Part shown: one piece after another, positions 27,319 to 41,471 of the stretch
How positions within the stretch are numbered: position 1 is the first letter of the stretch
How the letters are laid out: each line of letters opens with the position of its first letter
NCBI GenBank assembly: GCA_964234715.1
Contig: OZ174285.1
From: Podarcis melisellensis
Lineage: Eukaryota
Length of the DNA stretch: 64,000 nt
Direction: 5' to 3' (one strand)
The notes under the pieces: model-generated
Told to the model about the DNA's origin: nothing
The model's database searches: none
Seen by the model: the letters and a program-made list of their open reading frames with translations, nothing else
Position numbers and translations under genes: made by a program

Positions 27319-27979
27319 AGGACTCACAGCTGTCCATGGAGGCACAGGTCAAATCTGTATCCAGGGCAGCTGTGTACCAGCTCCATCTGGTACGTAGGCT
27401 GAGACCCTATCTGCCTGCAGACTGTCTCGCCAGAGTGGTACATGCTCTGGTTATCTCCCGCTTGGACTACTGCAATGCGCTCTACATGGGGCTACCTTTG
27501 AAGGTGACCCGGAAACTACAACTAATCCAGAATGCGGCAGCTAGACTGGTGACTGGGAGCGGCCGCCGAGACCATATAACACCGGTCTTGAAAGACTTAC
27601 ATTGGCTCCCAGTACGTTTCCGAGCACAATTCAAAGTGTTGGTGCTGACCTTTAAAGCTCTAAACGGCCTCGGTCCAGTATATCTGAAGGAGCGTCTCCT
27701 CCCCCATCGTTCTGCCCGGACACTGAGGTCCAGTTCCAAGGGCCTTCTGGCGGTTCCCTCACTGCGAGAGGCCAAGTTACAGGGAACCAGGCAGAGGGCC
27801 TTCTCGGTAGTGGCGCCCGCCCTGTGGAATGCCCTCCCATCAGATGTCAAAGTGACATCTGAAGGCAGCCCTGTTCAGGGAAGTTTTTAATATGTGACAT
27901 TTTAGTGTATCTCTCATCTTTGTTGGAAGCCACCCAGCGTGGCTGGGGAAACCCAACCAGATGGGCGGGGTACAAATAA

Positions 27980-28019
<40 letters not shown>
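27319..28019 (+). mobile_element. L2-clade LINE 3' fragment with (TTA)n tail
   Basis: ORF 27336-27890 (...LVISRLDYCNALYMGLP...LQLIQNAAARLVTG...HITPVLKDLHWLPV...RAFSVVAPALWNALP) is the canonical L2 ORF2 C-terminus. Tail (TTA)n at 27981-28019. Confidence 0.93.
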
Positions 28020-29053
28020 GTGGTAGCACCATGGTACCCATAAACTGAAACACTTAAGGATTGCTTGAGGTTCTCCCTCCTTGGGACTAACAGGAATCAG
28101 TGCAACACTCCTTTCCCACAGATATATCAAAGCAAATTCAAAGACAGACAGCTTGAAATGCAGTCTAGAAAGCCAAGCACAGAGCATAATATGAGCTTTT
28201 TGTTTTGTCTGATGTATAACCACTCCAGATTTAAGCCAGTACAGACTCAGTATTGCTTGACCCCCCACCTTATTAAGTCATCTGCAGTGGACACAAATGT
28301 AATGGAGCTTCTTTGAGTTACATCAGAGGGAAATTCAGGAATCTAATTTATTACTTTATCAAAGTATATATTTCTTACCAAACCATGATGTTTGTATTTC
28401 ACCCTCGGTGATGCACCAAGACTTCAGACCTAAGAGATGTGCTGGATTAATTCCAATTCAAACAGGGTAAATGTTGTTTTAAAAGATACTCCTAAAACTT
28501 AATTATTTTAAAGCCATGTCAAATATATAAGTGCTTAAAAGGTAATGAATCGGATATTTGAATGAGTCATTCCATCAATTTGTGTAAAGACTGATGGTAA
28601 GTAAAATTACGTTTTAATGGCCTTTTATTTTCTGCACTGAAGTTGATGGCAAAACTCCCATTGACGTCAGTTGCCGCAGGATTAGGCCTTAATTGGTTTG
28701 CCTTTGGGAGAAATCAACTGATCTAGCTCTCTGCAAAACTAGCATTCAGCCAACCATTCAGTGACTAGTAAATGCACATTTTCTGAAAAGTCTTAACTAA
28801 TGTCGTAAAGAGTAGACTTCAAATAGGCATTAACTTAAGTTTCAATATCGAATTGTGTTTACACACCACATACTGTTAGTTGAGATTTTTTAGTATTGCA
28901 CTTATGTTCTACGCTTAGATCGCATCAGTTTGCTGGTTTGTGGAAACAAATTTTGCTGCACCAACTTTTTGTCGGTAGGAACTATCAATCAACGCTAGAT
29001 CTGTCAATGTAAAGGTCTGGTAACTAAATATCTGCCCAACTAAGTAATAAGAT

Positions 29054-29745
29054 GTTATTTATTGCTGTTATTATTAACCTGCCCTTAACTTTAAGGTTTC
29101 GGGGCAAGTTACAACAATTAAAACACAATAATACTAGAATCAGTTTTAAACAACTTACAGTCACAGAATTAAGGAGGGTCCTAAAAATATAAACACCTCG
29201 AGTGTCAAAAGTCAGGGTAGAAAGGTGTATCTTCACCATTTGCAAAATGCTGTAAAATGAAGATGGCAGATGCACCTCTCTGAGGACAGTGGGACAGTCC
29301 ATGGGACCTGCTCTGCCAATATAAACACCCAAAAGTGTCTGTAGGAAAGAAGGTGGTCTTTCAGGTATTTAAGGCCTGAGTTGTTTAAACACTAAACACC
29401 TTGAGTTGGGCCTGGAAAAGAACTGGCCACCCATTGTTTTAAAATAGGTTCTGTGATATCTAAACAGAACCCCAAAAGTAATCTGACCACTGTATTTTGG
29501 ACCAACTGATCTTTCCAAATTATCTACATGGGCAGGTTGCACTAATCCAATCTGGAAGTGGCCAGAGCATGGAGTAAAGTGGCCAAGTCATTAGTATCCA
29601 AAAAGGGCTGTAGCTGGTGAATTAGCCATAGCTAGAGAAAGGCATTCTTACCACCCAGTGTCTCCAGTGACAATGTTGAATCCAGGAGCAACCCCGATCT
29701 GCAAACCTGTTCCTTCCAGGGGAGTGCAACCGTGTCCAGGACACC
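29054..29745 (-). mobile_element. older degraded L2 LINE fragment
   Basis: The reverse complement resembles L2 ORF2 C-terminal and 3'UTR sequence, ending in an AATAA-type tail. The frame is broken. Confidence 0.6.
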
Positions 29746-31459
29746 TCCCAGATGTGAGAACGTGGGGCACGTGATAGTGGGGCACTGTGATAGTTAGAGA
29801 TTACATGTGATGTGGCTCACGGTTAGATGTTGATGTTGCTCTGCTTCTAGGCTTCAGAACGTGGTCTATAGAATCCCAGGATTGGCTGGTGAATTGCATT
29901 ACATTTCTAGAAGAAAACAAGACAAGTAAAACACAAATGTTTGATGCCTGAGTTAAGCTCCATATTTGTTCTAATCCCAAATGTATACAAAGGTAGCAAA
30001 AACATCTACCCAAGGTATTAAGCATGGTTAAACGGCTTCATCCGACTTCAGTGCCTTCTTTTATACTGTGCATTTAACAATTAGCATAGTAAGTTCAGGG
30101 TATATATAATAAGCAAGTACAATATAGACAAAATGGAACACTGATCTAAGGTCATTGTGTCAAATGCAGCAAAACACTCTGTTTGTGGCAGGTCAGAGTT
30201 GGGCACACAATTAGTACTAATTATGGAGAAAAAAATCAAAACAGCAGCTGTAGAGAAGGACATTTTTCACTGCAAGATCAAAGCTGTATCTCCACAGAAT
30301 AGCAAAGCCTCTTCCATTTAATTGCACTGAAGTGCTAATTGGATAGTGATGTGCTTTCATGTGTTCCCCCAATTAGCCAGTCATCCCTGACCAAATCCAT
30401 ATAAGAAGAGATTATGTGTTTTTAAAGCTTTCTTTCTGCTTAGTTTTGATTGGTGTACCTGAGCAAAGTGGCTCCTTCTTTTTATGCAAAATGAGGTCTT
30501 GCAAGGTCAGAGTTAGTTGTGTAGAGGAATGAATATTGAGAAAATGTTTCAACTGTGTAGTAAATAAATTACACCGATGTACTTGGTGATATAGGTCAGT
30601 AGAGGAAATAGATACTAAAGCTTTGGTATAAAAATATAAGCATGAACTTTATAGGGTCAGTAAAATACAACTACCAGGACAGACAATTCAGTATGCGTGG
30701 TTTTCAAATACACTGAACTCTTCTGCATATTTAAAAACGTTATTAAAAGGGAGGGAAGGTTTGTATCTCTTAGTACATGATATTAAACCTTTGCCTGCAG
30801 TTTCTTTTAATCTTGGGGTACTTGACTGCATTCCTTCCATCTAACTCAGTGGGCATATATAGGATCAAACTGTTCCTAAGGTAGAGATGAACACCTCTCA
30901 GAAACCGCATATCCTATCTTGTAGATCTGCCTTATCAGGATTGAAGTTCTGTTATTTCAAAATCAACAACAGAGTATTTCAAGTATTGTTTATGGACAGA
31001 AATTGATTTAAAGTTTAAAATGACTTTGATATGTTTTACAGCAAAGTTTTTAAAGGCCTTTTTTCGGAGTTTTGGCAAGCCCTTTGCTCCCTTAAAGTTT
31101 GCTAAATTGTCAGAAATGACCTTGACAGTTGGGATTTCAGATTCAAAACCAATTTTTAAAGGAAACTGAAGAGGCGCTAGCTTATCCGAAGCAAAAGCAT
31201 TTCAGAGTGGCTTTCTTTTAAAGTATATGAAAGACTGCATTTCCCTTGAAAGACGCACTCTTCCTTTTCCTTTGTTTCTTATTCCCTCATATTGAAGCCA
31301 TGTTTTATGTAAACATCATTATCATACTGGTCATAACATTAGATCCTAACAGCACTGAGTGCAATAATGTCAGTAGGGAGATTGCCTTCTTAGTTACTAC
31401 CGTCCCCCATATATTTGTGTAAAAATCTTAAAGATGAACAACCAATATATACTCTATGT

Positions 31460-31698
31460 CAGGCACGCCCAGCTCCCAGGAGACTGCGATCTACTCACAG
31501 TATAAAAAACCTGGCAATGATCTACCCATTGTCATTGGAGGATTGACAAGATTTGTTGAGGTTTTTTTAGGGAGCCAAAGTTGTTTTATTTTTTGGGGGG
31601 GGGGGATAAACCACTGAGGGCCCAAAGATCGACCAGGATTGACCAGGGAAACCCCACGATTGACCAGTAGATAGTGATCGACCTGTTGGACATGCCTG
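31460..31698. mobile_element. hAT (Charlie-like) MITE
   Basis: CAGGCACG...CATGCCTG ends; 8-bp TSD CTCTATGT/CTCTATCT with 1 mismatch; GATCGACC subterminal repeats. Confidence 0.8.
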
Positions 31699-33596
31699 CT
31701 CTATCTTATGGGGGGGGGGTCAATGGTACTTCATTCCCTTTTCAATTTAATTTCTTTGTACACCAGGATTTTTATTTCTTTTTTTCTTGGAGCCTGCATA
31801 CTTTGTAGAGTCTTCATTAAAGTAGAAAATAAAAAGGGAGAAATGTGATGTCAGGCGAGTGGACCCCACAAGTTTATATCTGCTAGCAAATAAAAAGAGT
31901 AAAACCTAACTACAATTACAAGGTGAATTGCAAAACTGCCATTATGAGGAAATTTTTTCTTAAACTTACAGATTATAGTTTTCTTACAAGCCAGGACATT
32001 TTTTACAAAGGAGAGCTGTTGGTGACACTTACTAAAGTGCTGCAACATTTTGCTAATTTAAAAAATCCACTGCAGATCGATTCTGACCTTATCAATAAGA
32101 TAGTCTCATTCATCTCTTAAGCAGCCTGTTGTCTTGTTGCACAATAATAGCACTAAGCTGCAGGCTCTTCGCTTATGTTTTGTAATGCCTTTCACACAAG
32201 GTGACACACTAGAAAAAATCTTTACCATAACCGTAACAATACAGATTTTCCTGGGACAACTCCCAATTTAAGGAACCTTGTCCTAGGGAGCAAGACACTG
32301 CAGTGTACAAGTAAATCTATTAGGAAATATAATTTAAGTAACTAATCTGAATTACATTGAAGCAATTAAAATCATATAGATGCCTGATGCAGAAAGATAA
32401 AATGGGACAAGAACATCATTGGATGGCATTTGACTAAGACATAATTAATTAACATAAATTACACTTGACTTTCCAAAATCCATTAATTGCAGTGGGCTTA
32501 ATCAGAGTATGACATAGTCAAATGCTACCCACTGTTCCCCATAACCTAGGTAATCAACTGTTGAAGTTTTTATTTTATTTTGGTATGGAACATGTCTTTA
32601 TTAAGTGAAGCTGGTGACCAGCAAATAGGCATCATGTAGGAGCTCTGAAGTTGTATGCAAGAATGCTGATTGGTTTTCTCTTCAGATTTGTAGTGCTCAC
32701 TGTAAATTACATGCTTTTACTATTAGATGGTTATCTCTGCTTCTCCATGCCCAAAGAGAAAAATGTAGACTGCAGGGAGGTGAGGATCCTCTGTCCTTCC
32801 AGAGATGTTGCTAGTCTCCATCATCCCTGACAAGTGACCATCCTGATGGGAATTGGGAGCCCAAGTGAGAGGGGACAAAAAAAATGAGCCTGCAAATGTC
32901 ATCCAAGGATATACCATGTATCTTGCAGTCTTTTCAGTGGTTTTGTCAGTATCAACTATTTTGCAAGACAAAGCCTGGGATAAACTGGGACACAAAATCA
33001 TTTGGAATATGGAGTGTGCATTTATACAGTGATCATGTGATACAGCCTCATACACAAGATGATCTTCTAATTCCTATTCAAATAAGATCATGAAATCAGT
33101 GACTGACAGATGTTAAACCAGAACATTTTATTTAAATGACAACTTGTTCAATCAACTGATTGGATTTGTATCTTGCCCTGTGGCCAATTTAGGCCTGCAG
33201 AGCAGCTCACAACAAGAAAGACATTGTAGTGTCTAACGAAACCCAATATATAAACTACCACAGCATGCTAGAATTATATAGATAAATCAGATATTTGTTT
33301 TAATATTTTTTTTTTACTCAACTGCTTGACATTCTCTTGCTTGTTTATATCTTTGCTCAGTACATGGTATTTCAAGGTACTTGTCTGAAGTATTGGAATA
33401 TTCATCAAACACATCTTTGCTGAACATTCAGGTTAGACAGATTTCAGCACCGAAGGCATTATTATTACAGGCATCTCTGACATTCCTTCAAATGTAAGCC
33501 TATTGACCAATGTTAGCCTCAGAAAGACCTAAGATTAATGTGAGAGCCCATATAATCAGTTTCATATATGGAATACAAGTCAGAAAATACAAGTAG

Positions 33597-33852
33597 GGGC
33601 TCATCCACACTTTCACATGTGGTGTGCCTAGAAAGCATGGGTCTGAGTGGTTTTCCATTTGCCGCTGCTTTCTAGGTGCAGGTCCAAGTGTTTTCCCCCT
33701 TGCCCCACTCCTTCCAAAGGAAAATCCACTCTTTAACAAGAGATTGGAACAAATGCCAATCCGTGGAAAACCCAAATTGTTGTTTGCTCTGACTGATAGC
33801 TAAAGAACGGTTTTCTCCAGGGGAAAGCCGCAGTACAAGTGTGGATAAGACT
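33597..33852. mobile_element. PIF/Harbinger-like MITE
   Basis: Imperfect TIRs GGGCTCATCCACACTT / AAGTGTGGATAAGACT, with TAG on both sides (3 bp). Confidence 0.65.
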
Positions 33853-35464
33853 TAGGTCAAAAATCAAAGATGGAAAATGGTTATTCTTGGAGTGTGTGCA
33901 TGTTAATTCTCAGTGGGCTGGTTGTCTGTATACAAGACACCTTCAGTCCTTGTCTAAGTCAGATTTGTACATAATTGCCTCCCAAGAGCTTGATTTGGAG
34001 ATACACACATCGGCTAGTGTGTATATCTCCAAATCAGAACGAAGAATTTCTCGCAGTCATACCATGCCTTTGTGACGATGGATTTGGCCAAGTGGCTGCA
34101 CATATATTTGTAAAGGATGTCCGGAATGGCATATATGACGATTACTGTGAAAGTAATGTTAGTGGTTTACACAGACATGCTGGATGAATAGCCTCAGTCT
34201 GATGGGCCTTTCACCACATGACAATGGATATTACAGATTAGCAGTAAAATGTTACAGATTAGCAACTTTATAGATGCAGTAGTTCTACATCAAACTGTTC
34301 CATGATTAAATATCTGGGGCTGGGGCTTAGCCCTAAGGATCAACTAACCGCTCTCTACATTAGTATCACAGCTACATTGCATGAATGCAAGTTTCAAAGT
34401 ATGCAGGGTTTAGTAGTATGAAGAGTGGAACAGATTGCTACTGTATGTAAGTTCTTTTCAAAGCTGGTGAAAGGATTTTGTTCCATTTCCCTTTTCAGCC
34501 TTAGTGAAAGGCAGCTCCATAGATCTGAATGTGCTCTACAGGTGTCCTGTTTTTCCATTATTTGCTTCTCCAGGCATTTCTTCTGCACCAGACTCGCTGT
34601 AATACAATTTCCTATACCAGTGGTCAAAGAAACAATATTTTCTCACACTTCATCTTATTTAGAATCTCCTTTGTTATAGGTAGGCAGATATCCACAAAGG
34701 CTAATTTTCCAGGACAACATTGAAATTTCCTCCAGGGGCTTCTGCAAAGCACTTCGAACGTAAGGTGCAACTGGATTTATAAGTACTTAATATGTACACT
34801 CCTAATTACCAATATTATTAGATTCAAGTAATAATATGGTAAAATATATTATTCACATTGCAACTCTTAAAAGTAAGATACAAAATGCTATAATTGATTT
34901 GAAAGAGAAAAAGATTGCTATAGTTTTCAGTATATTAGTTTGCTCCTCTTCATTAGCTTTTAAAGGGAGAAAAATTAATGATAAAAGCACAGCAGAAAAC
35001 AATACAATATTAAATTACAAAGAATTTCAAGCTGTGAAATGCATGTCAATATGAACGGAATGTGTTGGAAACCAAATGTGGTAGATATGTATCACATTTA
35101 AGAAAAATAGCATTTTTAGAGCCTTCATAAAACTATGAATGGGAACACCTATGCTTTATCCATAATCCTTTCAGGTTTTTGCTGGATGACTTTGCTTTCA
35201 ATGACTTTGACTTTGAACGGTTAATTTAATTTCTGCATTTTCTGGAGTACGATCCTAAATTCACAAATCTTAAGAATAAATGAGTTTCAGGTTGGTTCCT
35301 TAGGTTTTTTAATAGTTTAAATGATAATACTAGGCACTTGGATCAGTCCTGAAGGATGCACTTATTATCAAGATATCATTCACTGTTAAACGTAATGGTT
35401 AGGAATGTGCATATCACAAAGTACTGCTACTAGGAACAGAAGTTGCATGTCAGTCTACTTAAAG

Positions 35465-35601
35465 CAGGCATAGGCAAACTCAGCCCTCCAGATGTTTTGG
35501 GACTACAGTTCCCATCATCCCTGACCACTGGTTCCGTTAGCTAGGGATCATGGGAGTTGTAGACAGAAAAACATCTGGAGGGCTGAGTTTGCCTATGCCT
35601 G
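35465..35601. mobile_element. palindromic hAT MITE
   Basis: Long TIRs CAGGCATAGGCAAACTCAGCCCTCCAGATG; exact 8-bp TSD ACTTAAAG. Confidence 0.93.
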
Positions 35602-36087
35602 ACTTAAAGCCTGTGAGTGCAGCGGAGTCCCATGTTTGCAGGAACAAAGAAGGTGGTATGGAGGCTTCTGCATGTGAAGAAGCCACATATATGCTGCCTG
35701 CACAGCCATCCAGCCTTAAGGATCTGGTTCTATACAAAAACCATGCTATACCCTGCAACCACAAGTCAGGTGTGCCACTGTGCACCTCTGTGGGTCATAG
35801 TAACGGGATGTCGTCAGCATCTCCCAGGACATTCTATATTGTGGGGCTCTCTGGTTTGCTTATGGTTTGTCAGATTCAGACAAAGCATGCTACTGGTAGC
35901 AGAGGTTTTACTAGGGGAGAATAGCATGTTGGCAGGGTAGGGGGAGTGTCTGCTGTATCTCTCAAGAGGTCTATGGTGGCTGGATATAGGGTGGTTACTA
36001 GTACTATTGGCTCTTCATTCTTCCCAGCTCTTTCCTCAGCCCAACAAGTATAAAAGTCCAATTCAGGGCTCTGAGGAAAGCAAACTA

Positions 36088-36285
36088 CAGTGGTACCTCG
36101 GATTACAGACACTTCAGGTTACAGACTCCACTAACCCAGAAATAGTACCCCAGGTTAAGAATTTTGCTTCAGGATGAGAACAGAAATTGCATGGTGGCGG
36201 TAGTGGGAGGCCCCATTAGCTAAGGTGGTACCTCAGGTTAAGTACAGTTTCAGGTTAAGAACATACCTCTAGAATGAATTAAGTA
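36088..36285. mobile_element. truncated Tigger-like MITE, inverted relative to 25700-25925
   Basis: TA|CAGTGGTACCTC end; the body is the reverse complement of the 25700 element; second TIR missing. Confidence 0.8.
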
Positions 36286-36789
36286 TACGGAACCAATGCC
36301 ATGAAGGTTTGGGTACTGGCCTACAGGTTTCAACTCATGGTACCTGTTCCATGCATAAAAAATAGCCCGTGCGCCATTATTGTTGCTGATGTTTGCAACA
36401 ATCCCAGCCACCAGTGTTTCAAGTCATTGTAAATAATCAGGAATAACCAAGGAAGAGACATAAATGAGCTTTAACTGATTAGTCTGTAGCCATTACTAAA
36501 ACATATTACATAACATACAAAACACTACAACTCTGGCCTAGCTCCCTGAGTCTTGCTTTGAAGCAATTGATGGCAGAGTACATGTTGCACAGATTCAGTT
36601 AGAAGTCATAAGAGCACCATGGCTCACCCTTTGCAAGCTCAAGCTTTCGACTTGTGTTCAATGCAGATTCTTAAAAAATAAATACATTGAGAGGGTGCTC
36701 ACAGTGCATGCTCCATTGCTTCCCTCTTACCCATGCCCCAACCCCCCAGAAACTTGCCATGGGGCAGGATAGCAGAAAGCATTGGAGGC

Positions 36790-37039
36790 AGCATATGTTC
36801 AGCAATTTTTTTCCATCAGGGGGCTGGTCCACTGTCCCTCAGACCTTGTGGGGAGCCGGACTATATTTTGAAAAATAATAATAATAATGAATTCCTATGC
36901 CCCACAAATAACCCAGGGATGCATTTTAAATAAAAGCACACATTCTACTCATGTAAAAACATGCTGATTCCCGGACCATCCGTGAGCTGGATTTAGAAGG
37001 CAATTGGGCCGGATCCAGGCCTTAGTTTGCCTACCCATG
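36790..37039. mobile_element. hAT (Charlie/MER30-like) non-autonomous element
   Basis: Right end ...GGGCCGGATCCAGGCCTTAGTTTGCCTACCCATG, with GGGCCGG subterminal motifs. The left end is degraded. Confidence 0.65.
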
Positions 37040-37079
37040 CCCCTAGACCCTGGCAGAGCATTTCCCCCCACTGCAACTG

Positions 37080-37350
37080 GAAATACAAAATACATAATAA
37101 GACAAAAACAAACCAACAACCCCCCCTCTCACGTATAAAAAGGTATATAATGTTAATCAGCCAAAAGCCTGGTTTATAGAGAAACATTTTCAGCTGGAAC
37201 CTAAAGATAGGGAGAGCATTCCACAAATGGAGAGCCACTACAGAAAAGACCCGTTCTCAGGTTGCCACCCTCTGGATTTCTAGACCAAAGAAGGGCCTCA
37301 GATTATGATTGCAGAGTCTGAATTGGTACATATGGGGAGAGACAGTCATT
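37080..37350 (-). mobile_element. degraded L2 fragment
   Basis: agagcattccac...gccactacagaaaagacc is the reverse complement of the L2 'AFSVVAP.LWNALP' coding region (the ORF track shows LWNALP). Confidence 0.6.
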
Positions 37351-40121
37351 GAGTTATATATTTTGCCTTTCTTTGAATTAAAGTGAGGGTGTGTTTTTTT
37401 GCCATCTGCAAAAGCCATGAGCGTGCTTCAGCAGATCGTACAGTTACTTCTTGCTACTGTGCAAACAATCAAATACTCCTTTTGTGTGTTTTCCTTATTT
37501 CAACAAAGCCTTAACAGTATCAGATTTTCCTTTTTGCTCTATATTAAAATTGACACAAGTTTTAGTCTGAATAAGGGTCCTTCTTTATAGTCTCTTCAAA
37601 ACATTTCCATTTTGCTTGACATTAGTCAAACTTTTCTTTACATTTCTTACAAGATGAAGTATTTTCATTATAGTATTATCAAACTTTTTTGTGTTTTTGT
37701 TTTTGCAATAACAAGTGCGTGTTGACCGAAATACAAAGTAGTGTCAATTTTATCTTATTGAAACGAAGTGCAGGCTGAGCTATTTTACATAATATTCAGC
37801 CGCTGGGTATATTTTGTTTTTATCCCACACACCCTTAGGGGCTTTGCGCAGTACTGAGGTTGTCTTTTAAAGTCTCAAAGTCTGTTCAGCTTGATGGCCC
37901 TTTTAGCCATTCTGTAGGACTGAAGGGACTGTCTTTTTTGAAAACTTTTCAGCCCTTTAATCATGGCCAAAAAATACCTCCCAACCCCTCATTCACCTTT
38001 TTGTCTGTGAAGTTGTTTGATGTGAGCAACACTGGAAGAGAACTTAATGGAATGGATTCTTATTATGCTTGCTGAGCTTCCCTGAAGATGTATTAGGTAG
38101 AGGATGGCTGAATGGGCAGTCACTGAAATTTGTTCCTATGACAGTTTGGTCTCTAAGAGCATTGCCCCATATCCCTTCTGCAGCTGATGTGGGATGTACT
38201 TATTTTTTTCTGTAACAAAGGGGCAAAGTAACTTCGATTCTTGCAACCCATCTCTCTTATGTTTCTATTGCTACTTTTTCTATTACTTTCCAGTATTAAA
38301 AGCATTGCATGTTTTTATCACACAGCCTGCCATTAGCTATGTTTTCTGCAAATTTCTGTAGAGTACGCCATCCAGATGTAGCATTTTGAATCCCTTTTTT
38401 ATCTTTGTGGTTCTCAAATATGGAATATCTATCAAAGGTTGGTGTTCATGTTGTCTCAGTGGATGTGACTTCTGTAGTGGTCAGCCTTGTAGGATATTTG
38501 TTACTCTGGGTACTGTAGTTCGTTATCTCAGGAAGCAATGCTTTACAGACAGCTAAATGGACAAAGCTGATGATTCATGTGAATTCCCTATCTAAATTTA
38601 TAGGCTGCATAATATACTTATGTAGGAGAAAGCGAGTCTAGGTTTGTGAAATGCATGCTGGAATTTTGTGGAAACAGGGATTCTGGAGCTGCAAAAATGC
38701 CCATGCCTCTAAAATCACAATAAAATATTTTAGCCCTGACAGGCTTAGCTGTGGAGACCTTTTAAGTCTCATCCTTAGTGAATGCTAAATTTACCTTTCA
38801 AATAGGGTTTATCACTGTATCGGATAATTTCACACTAAAGAACCTTTTAAAAAACATATTTTGGTGTCTTTACTGTGTAAAATATTAAAACCAAATCCTT
38901 CTCTTTTCAATCAATATATGGTGCATACTCAACACTATTAAAAAAAATCTTTAAATTGTATTTGCTGAGTAGCAACATATTTTGCCTACACAGAAGGCAG
39001 CATCTTTGATCTAGTACTTTATTCAAGAAACATATAAACAGTCTGAAGGATTCTGCTTTGAAACTTGTTGACTTTTAGAAGGTTATGTTTTGTTCATCAT
39101 CTGGAGAGGAGAAAAGAAGCTTGGCAACACACAATAGGAAGCTACTGAAAAGTATTATTAATTCTTAGAGGAAAAGAAGAGCATGACTTAGTGATGTACC
39201 TTTGATAACACTCTGAGACTAGTATGCTACTAGGAAAATCAGCTCCTGGAGCAATTTCTTTAAAATTGATTTATTCCATAGAAAATAATAGCTATTGTAA
39301 AACACTGTGCTGGGTGGCATTCTATTCATTTCACAGAAATCAATGTTAAACTGAGGACATGTGGTTGAGGAGAAGCCAGTGCTGGCATGAGGAGTAGTTG
39401 TCCCTAAACTGTTGTCTTGACCACAACTTCCTTTCTTGCCACCATGACTGAGAATAGTTCCCAGGGAAAGGAAGAAGAGTTTCTGACAGTGGCAGTGGCG
39501 GCTGGGATTACACTGACTTCAGTGCAGCCGCTGCTGCTGCTGCCTATTTTCCAGAACGTATCAGATGATTACATCTCAAGCTAAACTTAACATAACACTC
39601 AACTGTGTTCCTTTCTCCAGGGCAAGTTGTCTGCTAGAAGGGCCAAGCGCTATACATGAATCTTTTTACAACTGCAAAAAGCAGCCACAGTGCAAGTGTA
39701 TCAGGAACATAAGGATCGGAGAGGGTTTAACCATTTTCCATCACAGTCCCAACAAACATCTACATCAAGTAACTATTTGGGTGAAAATTATCACAATAGT
39801 GACACTTGGAAATTGTGTGCATGTGTGTCAGAAAGGGAGATCAGAATAATTTGGAGAGCGTTGTGTAACCCTTTCCACCAACACTGTGGTCCAGATGAAA
39901 ATCACCCACCCCAGCTGCTATTTGGCTTTAGAGGGTCACTCTTATTGGATTCTGCAATACTGCATAATTGTTTTATATACAAAATTGTTTTGTTATTGTT
40001 ATGGTTGTTAATCACTTCCAAAATATGTCGTAGGAAGCAGTGCATAAATGGGTATATTTATTTACTTTAACCTCTTTTTGTAACCTCTTTTTTTCTTTAT
40101 CTTTTTGGTAGCCTGGTAATA

Positions 40122-40372
40122 CAGTCATACCTTGGTTTTCAAGCGGCCCAGTTCTTGAACGTTTTGGCTCCTGAACGATCAAAACCCGGAAGTGAATGTT
40201 CTGGTTTTTGAACATTATTTTGGAAGCTGAACGTCCAACAGGGCTTCCTCAGCTTCCAATAAGCTGCAGGAGCTTCTTGCAGCCAATCAGAAGCCTCGTT
40301 TTGGTTTCTGAATGCTTTGGAAGTTGAACAGACTTCTAGAATGGATTCCATTCGACTTCCAAGGTACAACTG
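40122..40372. mobile_element. Tigger-like MITE
   Basis: TA|CAGTCATACCTTGG...CCAAGGTACAACTG|TA. Confidence 0.85.
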
Positions 40373-40431
40373 TACTGGAACAAGGCATTGATTGGGGTGT
40401 TCCTTTTTTTTTTTTTTTTTTTTGTCTAGTT

Positions 40432-40567
40432 CAGGCATAGACCAACTCGGCCCTCCAGATGTTTTGGAACTACAGTTCTCATCATCCCTGAACACTGGTC
40501 CTGTTAGCTAGGGATCATGGGAGTTGTAGTCCCAAAACATCTGGATGGCTGAGTTTGCCTATGCCTG
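40432..40567. mobile_element. palindromic hAT MITE (same family as 35465)
   Basis: CAGGCATAG...CTATGCCTG ends; exact 8-bp TSD GTCTAGTT. Confidence 0.92.
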
Positions 40568-40922
40568 GTCTAGTTGGACATAAGTGTTTGGAATTGCAGA
40601 CTATGTTCTTTTTATTTTATTCCTTAGATTTTGTTTCATTTTCCCGAGTTATTTTTTTGTGATAGAAATTGAGAAGCAGTGGTGAATACTTCTTCAGAAC
40701 TCTCTCTTTGCTTCATGATTCTTAACTTGTCACTTCCTTGCACTTGATTTATCTTTAGAGAATAATTGTGACTGGCTTTCACATAGGGAGAATGTCTGCA
40801 ATGGCTCTTCATTGAATATATAGATATTATTGACTAGTACCTCTGACTTGGAATAAATTTTTTGAAAATGATCTGAGGTCCCATGCTCGTATTTTAGGAG
40901 ACTCTGGTTCATTTGTCGTTAA

Positions 40923-41032
40923 AAAGGTAAAGGACCCCTGACAGTTAAGTCCATTTGTGAATGACTCCAGGGTTGCAGCACTCATCTCGCTTTACTGGCC
41001 GAGGGAGCCGATATTTGTCCTCAGACAGTTTT
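40923..41032 (-). mobile_element. Sauria SINE 3' fragment
   Basis: aaaggtaaaggacccctgacagttaagtcc...ctcatctcgctttactggccgagggagcc is the reverse complement of the SINE 3' half. Confidence 0.85.
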
Positions 41033-41471
41033 CTCAATGTGTAAGACATTGGTTAAAACGAAAGCAAAAAAGCCCTTGACTTAATGTGTGTCTTGCATCT
41101 GATGACAATCATACTGTGGATATGCCTGATGTGATGGGAATGTATCCTTAGTAATACCAGCATAAAACAAAATTGAGAGGGGAAAGCCTGTTAATTTGTA
41201 TCATAATCCTCAGAAAATATGTATTTATATTAATGGTAATCATTAGCAATATCAAATCCATTTTTAAAAAATAGTTTTCCACTGCCCACAAAGAACTGAA
41301 TAGACCTTCCCATTTCTTTCATTGTGATTTTTCCTCCTGAACATGTACTTAGCCAAAAACCAATATCTGACTTAGCATTGTCCATGCTTTCAAATAGCCA
41401 AAAAGTTGTATATAACCTACATGGAATGGGTGTGTTATATACAAATGTGGCATATACAAATGTGTGTCCTT

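Noticed and set aside
35465-35601. Long hairpin as a miRNA or ncRNA
   Set aside because: Explained by a multi-copy palindromic hAT MITE with an 8-bp TSD.
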